Shown here in pieces: positions 48,701 to 60,700 of a stretch of DNA of 64,000 nt (position 1 is the first letter of the stretch; every line of letters starts with the position of its first letter). The DNA lies in NCBI GenBank assembly GCA_051294905.1, contig CM119373.1, positions 1,180,001 to 1,244,000 of the forward strand. The letters run 5' to 3'. Below the pieces are notes generated by a model. It ran no database searches. It saw only the letters and a program-made list of their open reading frames with translations, and was not told where the DNA came from. The translations under genes were made by a program, and so were the position numbers. This DNA is from Botryllus schlosseri (taxonomy: Eukaryota).

Positions 48701-51700
48701 CGTTAAAGCTAAATTCCACCGAGCAGGTTGCCGCTTGTAAAAGTTCCACAAAGACGTTACGCGGGATTGATGGTGGCGGTAACTTACCACCGTACAGCGC
48801 GTTGGCACAAATATCAATAGTCTCATGCAGCGGAACGTTCGTAAAAAGACTAGAGATATCAAATGAGCTCAGAAACACGTCTGGATTCGGCAAATCCAGG
48901 TTTCGTATTTCACCAGCGAACGTGAACGAATCGCGAACACATTCCGTGCCGTACAATTCCCGAACCGGTTCCAAAATGTCAGTAAGCCATTTTTTTTACG
49001 AACGTTCCATTGCATGAGTCATATTTTGTGATACGATTGTTGATATACAATGTTCTTTCCAATTCTCTACTAGTTGCTGACGATTACCCCTGACGAGTGT
49101 CAGCCGAAAATATTCGGGTTCATTTCAATATGAATATACTATTTAATTGTACAAGGAATATAATGCCCGCTCTACATCACATTACAGATAATTTGGTATT
49201 TTTCGACCATGTGTATTTCATTACTCTTTGTGACGATCAGGGTTGTAACCAAGTCACAGTCCATCTCACTTTTATAGTGTTGACTCGACTCAAATCGAGT
49301 CATTTTCAATTCACCACCGAGTTTGATCCCGAGTCCAAGTCATCAAGCAGAGGTTCGAGTCCAAGACATTGTATTGACTGCTCAGTTTCCAGTTAATGTC
49401 ACGTTAAACCCACTTTTATAACTCTATTTGGTGATATCAGGTGGTTCGCTTTTATACTTTGCTAATTTTCCTCACATTTAGCACTTTCTGGTCGCGTTTT
49501 CAAGTACCAGTACCAATAGACGAAATTCCAATAGTGTGATTACTTCACTATTACTCGAAAATACAATGAAATGTCGGTCTTGGCCGTCCGAGCCTCGAGT
49601 CATTTCCGTATTTTGAGAAAATGACTCGAGTCTGGTCGAGTCATCGGAAAGTCGTGACTCGAGTCATTACAATCCTGGTGAGGATGCTGTGGGCTGATCA
49701 CCACTTGACAAATATAGCATTTGCAGTAACGTGCCTAGTAGGGCTGTTCAAAAAAACTTTTTCAGATTTCACTGGCAACTTGATATAATTGTTAGTTTGG
49801 TGAGAACAACACTTCGCACCAACTTTGACTCAATCCCAACCAGTAGAAACGATTTTTTTGCTGTAGAAAGTTTTGAATTTATCATTAAAAAACAAAAAAA
49901 GAATATTTCAAAATTTTTCTGTCCACCCCTTAAAATTGTTAGGTTGTCAGTATAGATGATGCACACCAAATTTGGCTCAATTCCAACAAGTATAAGCGAA
50001 GTTATTGCAGTAGAAAAATTTGAATGGGAATAAAATAGTATTTACGATGACTAACTCTTAAATTATTTACTACAAAATCACGGAATTCAAAACTTTCAAC
50101 TGCAACAACTTCGCTTCTAGTGGTAGGAATGGAGCCAAAGTTGGTGTGTAGCGTTGTTTTCAACAACCTAACAATTTTATCAAGTAGCCAGTGAAATCTG
50201 AATTGAAAGTTTATTTTTGAACAGCCCTAGTGCCTAGCTTTGGAGGCTACTACATGTTTCGTACGCTGCCGCACAACCAATGGAGATCTACAGCCTTCCA
50301 CAGTGGAAAATAGTATCGAAATTATAATTCTTGTTACTCTTAATGGCAAAAAGCGTATATCTTCAGTAATAGAAAAAACATCTCTCACTCGAATACTCAA
50401 TTCAGATTCGAGTACTCGTATTATTGAGGCCATCTCTAACCGAAAATATGTGTTGACCAATATCAATGACCTTTTACAGTTAATATCAGCATTGATGAGT
50501 ATTTGTGAGCAATATCCTAACCCTCCAATTTCGTGTCTCGTAAATTTATTATACCATTTACCATTACACCATTATATACCAAATGATCAGTTAGTTTGCA
50601 GCCAATTGACTAGATCAAGGGTTCTCAGCCCTTTCCTGGCCATGGCCCATTTTCCGGTTCAAAAATGTGCTGTGGCCCACCTGTTTAATGCGTCGTCATG
50701 GACAACGCCGATATGCCTATTTCTCTAAAATAGGCGCATTTTTCTCTAACTGATGATATTTAGAACTCGCTCTCCCGGGATATGAAATCGCGCCAAGCGC
50801 GAAATAAATTGCAACTAGAGTAAACATCCTCCAACAAACGACCAACGAAATAATCTTGGGCTCCTTCGAGCTCCCCCAATTGGGGGTGAGGGTGCTGCAG
50901 TTACAGCCCTAGTATATCATAAGCTAAAACTCCTAAGTAGATTATTTTCGTCCGCTGCTCCATTCACGTCGCGAAACACAATGATCACTTCCCCGCACTG
51001 TGTGATTGGGACTTAAGTGATAGGCCTACTATTGTGGGGAATACTATAATCATTATGGGCCAGCATCGAACAATTCATTGGTGAATATGGTACCACAGAG
51101 AATCGGAGAATGATTTTTCAATATGCGTGATGTACTTTGTATGTCTTGTGCCAAAACAAGTGAAGTTGCGATGTCAGAATATTCAATCCAATGATACAAT
51201 CAATTCCTGTGACTCTTCCATTATGTATACAATGATTTCCAGGTCGGACATTTTAAACCGACTTCAAAGATTTTTGCACTCCGATAAATTCTCAATCCAT
51301 TAAGATTCGTTGTGTTGGTGCAGTATACATCCGGCAGAAGTTGCAAATAATTTGCTATTATGACTCATTTTAGCTTGCAATAATACGGCCTGCCGAAGTA
51401 CAGTAAATCTGTACATCAATTGCACTTCAATGCGAGTCCATTGCACACCCTTTTCAACGGCATACGACAAATGACCGTGCCGGAATACTTGGTTACTTCA
51501 GCATCATCTTCCAGTTATTATACGCTTGAAATTATTTTAGTTACTGTTAGCCGTAGTTTGTCATAGCCAGTAGAAAAAGCCACCGTTTCTCCCTAACGTT
51601 TTCGATTTGTACATGCTGACTTTATACGTGCCACTACGCCTAATCAGAGTCGGATGAAAAGCTTTATGTAGCGTACGTATAATTCGATTACGTATCTATA

Positions 51701-54700
51701 TTTTTAAGCGAATAACGTAAGAAATATAACTAAACTTACATTAATTCTGAAATTTTCTAAATAGCTCTGTGGCCCACCTCAAAATGCTCTGTGGCCCACC
51801 CTTTGAGAACCCCTGGATTGATAGTATGCACAAGTCTGTAGTCAATTCCTAGAATATATCATGAATTTATTCATTAATGAGTACTGCAGAACGCTCAGTT
51901 TCTATAAATTTCGACAAGAGCAATGTCAGCAGCCTTCTGCATGATATGATGCGGTTTCGTTTCAGAGAGCGATACTTCCGAGTGGCAATTGGTGTCGAGA
52001 TTCTTTCTCGTTGACACCCTCAGTCTGAACAGCGCATCGCAAATACAATACGCTTATTACCTCCAATTGGAGTGAGTTTACTGCCAGGTACGACACACAA
52101 CGTATTGACTCTCGAAATCGTACTCTTCTATCTAGTATCGAATTGAAACCAGCCACTTCAACGGGCAGTATCTACCCGCCTTTGCTGCATGTCACTTACC
52201 AGACTGCTTCCACAGACGCTGGGACCACGGTTGAGGTATTGGAGATTCGTATTGGATAACTTGTGGATACGCGTTCCATTTTTTGATATTTTAACCATTT
52301 TACTAATAACTACTTACTAGGCCACAATCGGGTGTGTGATTGATTTGATTCTGAATCATTACTCGTCAGGATGTCGCAACAGTATGAGTGATGCCAAAAG
52401 TTAATAAAATGTACCTTTAATGCGACCACACATGATACTATACCAGTCATCCATTATATGAAAGATAATTTGTTATATCGCCGACCATACCTGTTTCATT
52501 GCGCTTTGTGATTATGTTGTCGGTCGATCGCGACTTCACCGACATGTCATTTCCAGTAACATAGCTTTCCACTTTGTGTTTGGTATGGTGCATTTCTGAT
52601 GAGTTGACTTGACTCGAGTCATCATCTCAAAATACGGAAATGACTCGACTCGAGTCAATTTGTGTATTGACTCGACTTGGAATCGAGTCATTGCGCATGA
52701 CTCGAACCAAGTCATATGACGCGAGACTCAGACGACCAAGGCATACATTTCATTGTAATTTCAAAGTATAGTAAAGTAACCACACTATTGGGATTTCGTC
52801 TATTGGTACTGGTACTTGAGAATGCGATCAGAAAATGCTAAAAGTGAGGAAAAGTAGTAGATTATAAATGAGAATCATTTGATATCATAAACAGAGTTAT
52901 AAAAAGTGGGTTTAACAAGACTTTAACTGGAAACTGTGCAGTCAACACAATGACTCATAACACCATGACTCAGACTCGACCCTCTGCTCGATGACTTGGA
53001 CTCGGACTTGACTCGGTAGGGAATTGAAAATGACTCGACTTGACTTGAGTCAAAACTATAAAAGTGAGATTGACGGGTGACTCGGAGCCTTGTGACTTGG
53101 TTACAACCCTGCTGCTCACTTTTGAAAATTTGCAACTAGAACTTGGACTAAAACTACTGGCTTCTCAAAATTTGCAACTGGAAGTAAAACTCACTTTTTC
53201 AAATGTACAGCTAGAATTACGACTGACTTTTCAATATTTTCAATACTCGCAACTAGCACCGAAACTATCACTTTTCAAAGCTCGCAACTTGAAACCTAAC
53301 TAGATATTGGTAGTTTGTAAATGACCGCTTACAATTTGTTTCCACGTTCAGGCCATCTTCAACGTTCACTACATCGCCAGTACGTTCGACCAAAGAGAAG
53401 GGCTGAAGGTGTGACTTGAAACCAAAATTTGAATGTCCGGTGTCGTTTTAAAATTATGTGCGTATTTCAGATTAGTATGTCTATCCTGGGCGTGCTGGCT
53501 GTCCTTTATGCTGCCGTGGAAGCTAGCGGATGGCGTAGAAGGCAGGGGCTGCCCTTCATCGAATTCAATGTAAGTCGTTTTATATTTTTGGCCGTTGTCT
53601 GTTACCAAACACTTGATTGTAAATTGGAGATACTGAACTTGAGATCACAATCGAATAGTATACCATATTGAAATGAACCCGAATATTTACGGCTGACACT
53701 CGTCAGGGGTAATCGTTAGCAACTAGTAGAGAATTGGAAAGAACATTGTATATCAACAGTCGTATCACAAAATATGACGTTACCAGAATTCGCATTTAAT
53801 TGTATGTACCGTATTGCATTTGTATGGCTGTAAATAATTTCATGCGAGTTATAATTAGGGCAATTTTTTTTACTTGAGAAAAGGAAGATTTTGACCTAAG
53901 AAATAAAAATTTTGACACTTTTTGACCTTCAAAATCCTAATTTTGACCAAATTTGACCTAACGTACGCAAATTAGGCGTTTTCCCGCATAATGTTAGAAT
54001 TGTACTACTTAAACTCATTTCTGGTTGGAACTGCATGTCCTTACGAAGTAGTTTGGCCTGAAAAAACACTTTTTTGCCTCAAAAACTGACAAATTTTTAT
54101 ATGAATAAACTTTATATTAACGAAATCAGGCCCTATGAAGAATTCCAGTAGTTACGTTACGCATTATGGTAGAAATAATTTTTAAAAAATGTATTGCAAC
54201 GAAAAATACTTTCCTGCATTTTCGGGTAGATAGTGTCTGTCCTTACCAAGTAGCTTGCCAGGAATGGGAAAGAACGTTCGACAGCAGCAGTTGCTGGCTG
54301 ACAACACTGAAGTTGTGCGTACGCTGCTGGTGACAAACCATGTTGCTTCATTCTGACAATTGTGTCTGCATCACAATTTTTCATCGTGCACTTCTTGATA
54401 TAAGAACCATGCGATGCCCACGCAGTCGTGCTTCAGTTGGGATATTGAGCATAGCACCATGTCAACCTACTTGTTTCATTTGAATGTTTATGATTCACAA
54501 TGAGCAGACAAGGGGCCGTCTACAACTGTAGGCCTATAGAGTAGGCTACAATCTGTAAAATTTGAACATTTTTGGACCTAACGGTACAATTTTGACCTGA
54601 TTTTGACTTTTTTTTACATGTCAAAAAAAATCGCCTTAGTCATAATAAAAGGCAACCTTGGTACCTTTGCTAAAATAATTAAGTTCTCGACTAGTACGAG

Positions 54701-57700
54701 TGTCAGCCGAAAATATTCTGGTTTATTTCAATATGATTCTATTATTCAATTGTATATTGAAGTCCCAAACTTCGATGTGTCTCTTCAAATTCTTGTGCCG
54801 AGTAGATTCATCCGTATTGCTTCAGCGGTTGGTTGAATGCATCCATTTTTTCAGACCATCGTACATTTCGTGATATACACAATATCCAATGCCGCAAACA
54901 TGTTCTTTGTGGTCATGTTCGGATATACATTCGTCTTGCTCTTCTACTTCAAGGTAAGTATGCATGGGAACTTGCATTATCTAATTCAATGCAGTCGTTC
55001 GCTATCTTCTTATTTCAAACGTGCCTTGTGCTTGCGACTCGAGTATCAATGACAAAACTTGTTTTGCAGGGTCAAATGATCGCGACGACTTACGTACCGG
55101 CTAACAACAGCTACGAGACCTATCTCTTCTTTGTCTTCATTTGCTGCGGATTTGTTTTTAAGGTATTCCCTTATTTCTGCTGCCACACACAGAATGGATC
55201 AGTCAGTCTGAGTTGCACAAACTACTGGATTTTCAAAATGCACGACTAGAACTACTCGCCTTTCGAAAACTGTCACTTTCGAAAGCTCACAACTAGAATT
55301 AAAACTAGAACTGGTCATATTTCAAAACACGCAACTACTACACTAAAGCTAATCGCTTTTTAAATTGTGCAACTAGAACTAAAACTAGAACTACTCACTG
55401 TACAAAATTCACAACTAGAACTAGAAATGGGCTTCTTGGAGGTACAGAATTTCGATATACAATTGAATAGTATATTGATATTAAAATGAACCCGAATATT
55501 TTCGGCTGACACCCGTCAGAGGTAAGCGTCAGCAACTAGTAGGGAATTGGAAAGAACGTTCTATATATATACGATTGTTGTTATACAATGTTCTTTCCAA
55601 TTCTTTACTTGTTGCTGACAGTTACCCCTGACGAGTGTCAGCCGAAAATATTCGGGTTCATTTCGATATGAATAATGAATATAGGCTACTATTCAATGGA
55701 ACTAGAAATAAGCACACTTTTTAAATGTTCAACCAAGACTAGAACTACTCACTTTTCAAAACTAGCAACTATATCTATAACTAATCACTTTTTCAAATCT
55801 GCAACCATGGCCTACTAGTGTGCAAACAGATCTGGAACTAGTCGCTTTTCAACAACAGCAACTAGAACAGTGGTACTGAAACTTTTTAGACACCCCCCTT
55901 TATGATAATAAAATGGGTGAAAAAACTTGTTCAGTTTGCCGCAGCTTCGCGTCCCAGTCAGATGTTTTCACGTCCCACAGTTTGAGAACCACTAAACTAG
56001 AACTTGAACTGCTCGCTTTTCAAAACTATCATCCAGAACTAGTGCTACCGGTAGTCAATTTTTGAAAAGCTATCAACTGGAACATGGCTGGCCAACCTTT
56101 TTTATTCACGGCCGCATTACGATTACTTTTGTAGCCTACGGCCGCATTGTAGCGCATTTTTTCAGATCCACGGATGAATTTCGTCATTTATATTAGTAGT
56201 TTCACATATTACTATCAATTATTATTGATTCTTTTTATCCGATGCGGTCAGATTCAATCCACGCATTGAATCGTGCATAACGTGAAGAAAATTTCAAGAT
56301 TAATTAAAATCTCTCAAAAATCCGGGAGTCAATTCCAGGGTTGTAATGACTCGAGTCATAACTCGACTTGACTCACGATTTTCTGAGGACTCGACTTGAC
56401 TCAAGTTATTTTCTCAAAATATCGAAATGACTGGACTCGAGTGAATATCTGTGTATTGACTCGAACCAAGTCATATGACTTGAAACTCAGACGGCCAAGA
56501 CCGACATTTCATTGTTATTACAAAGAATAGTAAAGTAACCACACTATTGGGTTTTCGTCTATTGGTACTGGTACTTGGAAAAACAGAGTTATAGAAAGTG
56601 GGTTTAAAAAGACTTAAATGGGCAACTGAGCAGTCAACACAACGACTTGGAATCGGACTCGAGTCATAATACCATGACACAGACTCGACCATCTGTTCGC
56701 TGACTTCGACTCGGTGGTGAATTGAAAATGACTCGACTTGACTCAAGTCAAAACTATAACAGTGAGATTGACTTCTGACTCGGAGCCTTTTGAATTGGTT
56801 ATTTATAGCCCTGGTCAATTCGTGTACTCAATTTGCACGTCAACGGCCTACGACACATACTAATTGAATTACGCGCGTCTGCGGCCGCAGGTTGTCCAAC
56901 CCTAAACTAGAACCACCTACTTCCATAATTGCACAACTAGAACTAGAACTATCCACTTTGAAAAATGTGCAACTAGAACTAGTAGCTTTTGAAAACGCGC
57001 AACCAGAACTAGAACTAGATCTGCTTAGTAAGCAGTAGCTAGTTGTCTGTCGACTAACGATATTGCTAGCTCGCATAAGTATGGTTGTGTCATATTCATA
57101 AAACATCCCTTGCATTACAGGCTATCAGCGTGATCATCATGATCTTCAAGCAATCGTTCGTTGATATTTTTTTCCTTGACTGGGAGAGACCGCGATCTCA
57201 GCAAGCCGCCGGCGATGCCGACAAGATCAGCATATGGAGAACATACTTTATAGCCAACGAATGGAACGAGATTCAGGTGTGTTACTGCGTATTTTTGCTG
57301 GCTTGATCATTTACACTTACTCTTTGAAATGTTTAGACATCTCGCAAAGTCAACACGACGCTCCAGCTGTTTATTGTGGTATTTTTTCTGGAGGTGGGTT
57401 GTCTGTGCAAGATTGTTCATCCAATCATGATATAGGGGAGAGGAGGCCTAGATGAGACACTTTTCTGATATTACAACATCACTCAATGAGTAATGCCTTC
57501 TGAGGATTAATTTTGGCACCAACGGAAAGCCTGTCATCTGTACTATTTATGGCTATGGCTTGAGTTACATTAAACAACGTACTTATGGATTTCTTGGCCC
57601 ACAAAAATCCTTGCTCAAATGTCTCAACATACCCCCAGGTGAGGATAACATGAGACACCAAGCAATTCTTGCTCATTACACCACCAATATATCCCAAATG

Positions 57701-60700
57701 ATGAATCAACAAGCAACATCATGAATAGAATGTAATAATCATGAAATAATCCACTTTTAAAAAGAATTCCTACATCATAGACGAATTTAAATGACATCGA
57801 AAACCAATTGTCCATGGGATCCATCAACAATAAGAGTTCTGTTAATATTTTGTCTTGTAATGTACATCTGGTCAACTACCAGTGTTGGGATGACTGGAGT
57901 CACCTTTTTCGTATGACTTGACTTGACTCGAGTCACTTTGCTAAAATGACTTGACTTGACTTGACTCGGCGTATCAGAAATGTGGATTGACTCGTGACTC
58001 GAAGCAAAATTCACGAGTCAATTTCAAGTCAACACGTAATCGTTGTCGATAAAAATAAATGTATCTTTCATATGTTCGGATTGTTCGCGAAACGCTGGTG
58101 TAACCCGTGAGAGCGACCAATCATTTAGTGATCGTCCAATTTACTGAGCCTTCATTGTTCTCTCACAAATAAATTGACCGCAAACGAAGTGATCGACGCT
58201 TATACTTTGTCGTAAACTAGTATAGTATAGAAATTTAATAGCAAAATGTATCTTTCTATTCTTACCTTAACCAAACCTCTGTTTCATTGAAAATGAATTC
58301 GAATATAGTTTATATAGTCCGCAACCATCGAATTGTATCATATCAATTTGTAAATGGTTAATGTATTGCATCTTATCAATTCGTTTCTCCATTCTCTATT
58401 TGGCTTGTAATTATATAAACGGAGGGATATGCAATTACTTACGTATAGTTTAGCAGTTCTACGTATATGTATTTGAGCGATACAGCCCCTTCTTGCGTGT
58501 ATATTTAACTCTATATTCGTTCATTGGCTCAAAATCAATGACCACTCAATCTGTATTTCAGACAGCTAGCAAAATGCAATGACGTAATCATGCCTCATAC
58601 CTCGAAAAGGCGACTTGACTTGAATTGTGACTTGACTCGTGACTTGACTTGACTTGACTCGACTTGACTCGAGTCACCTCCAAAAATCGAGTGACTTGAC
58701 TTGACTCAAGTCAAAATGTGCAATGACTCGAAATGACTCGTGACTCGAAGGTAGTGACTTGATCCCAACACTGTCAACTACGGGATAAATAATCTATTAT
58801 GTGTGCCTTGAACAGTACTTTTTGAATATTGCGATGCTTTTAAATGGAAAAGCCCTCCGATGCCTCAAATTACTCCCATGGGTTTGTCTCATCCTACCCC
58901 CACACCTGAATTATTGTATAAACTTCAATAAAAAATATTCTGTCAATTACTTTTCAGAGGTAAGTGCATGGTTACACTGCTAATATTGCACTCTACCAGC
59001 TCCAGTAATGTTGTTTTAAAATATAAAATGCTATCATAGTTATGTTCTTACAAACATAAATTCACATATCTGACACAGACAATAGAGTTTTTTGCACTTT
59101 TCTGCGCAACCTCAAATCTGTTTGTCTTGTGAATACGGTAGGACTATAGAATGATATCCATCAGAAAATTGTCGAATGAAAAAATTCCATGTCTCATCTT
59201 GGCCTCCTCTCCCCTACCTGGGGTCATACAAAACGATTCGGGTAGTCAACTCTGAATCGAGCATTCGTTGTAATGATTCGAGCCTTTATTCCAATACAGA
59301 AATGTTGCGCTCCTTGTCACTAACAGTTGATTTATCTACGCAAATGATAGTTTCGATGCTGTTTTTCACTATGGAAGGCTGTAAACCTAGATTGGTGATA
59401 TTGCAGCATACCAAAGCTACGCACGGTCGTGTAAATAACATGGCGTAACTATTATCAACACACAGCATTGTAACAAAGTCCAATGAAATGAACATGTTGA
59501 AAAAAATACAAAATGATAATGAATGTCATGTACCACTAGAGTCATATTCTTTATAGTAGCATGCAAGGCACATGTTTGAACTTTCCAAATCTCACATACT
59601 GTTATGATGCCATGATGAGTGACAAACGAATGCTACAATCAGAATCGCTTCACTCAGGTACTTGATTTTGACCGGCCGTAGACATTAGATCCTACATATC
59701 TATCTTGTTAGTTTTCATTTATTAAAGGGGCACTGCACTCTAAAAATGATGTGGTCTCAAATTGAAGGGCAAAACGAAATAGAAATTTTGGCCGCAGCCG
59801 ATTTTTTCAGAACCCCACCGTAATGGAGCTGCAATTTATTGAAATTTCAATAGCAACTTCACGCCCCAGCAGTCAGCAGAGATCGAACTTTATATAGTTG
59901 TCAGCGTTACTACAGTCTATAAATTAATTCTAATTTAATTTGGAAAAATCTTTGGAGCTATCGTTCTAATTACAATGTAAGTTTGAAAAACTGTGTACCT
60001 ATAATTCTAAACGTAACTATGAATGTAACTATGAATGTAATTCTAATCTTTTCTGGAAAAATCTGTGTAGCTATTGTTCTAATTCTAATCTAAGTTTGAA
60101 TAAACTGTGTAGCTATAAGTCTAAGCCTATTTGGAAAAAGCTGTGTAACTATGATTCTAATCTGAGTTGAAAAAATATGTGTAGCTAAAATTCTAATCTA
60201 TGTTTCAAAAGACTGTGTAGCTATAAGTCCAAGCTAATCCAGTTTGAAAAAAACTTTCTATCTACAGGGCCTAAGTCTAATCCTATTTGAAGAAAGCTGT
60301 GTAGCTATATTTAAAATTCCAATCTAATTTGTAGAGGCTGAAAATTTTCCTGCTGTCCCACTTTGTCTTAACCTGTTAGTTGGTATTTATTGCTGATCCT
60401 CACTCGCTTCAAGATCGTCAACTTCAAGAATTTTGCATTGCTCAACGCCAGCACGGAATTGAATCCATCCTCAGATATCTATACTCCTGCATACAGCGAT
60501 CTGCTGCGTTTTGGTGTCAGCATGTCCGTATTTATCGTCGTTGAATTACTGCAGGTTTGTGTTCGAATATGCAAGTATTCAAGTGAAGTCGATGCAAAAT
60601 TGAATACATTGTTCATATACAAACAAATCCGACTATTTGTGGCTGACACTCGCCATGGGTAATCGTCAGCAATTAGTAGAGAATTGAGAATAACTTTGTA

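Larger units (their letters stand above)
47371..49150 (-). mobile_element. Penelope-like retroelement, 5'-truncated, with inverted upstream pseudo-LTR
   Basis: RT-GIY-YIG ORF, 3' repeat at 47371-47570, inverted copy at 49018-49150, and 12-bp TSD ACAAGGAATATA (47359-47370 and 49151-49162). Confidence 0.93.
55215..57020. repeat. Degenerate AACTAGAACT...CACTTTTCAAAA tandem array interrupted by PLE and MITE insertions (related array at 53112-53310)
   Basis: Recurrent 30-35-nt units containing CAACTAGAACT. Confidence 0.6.
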
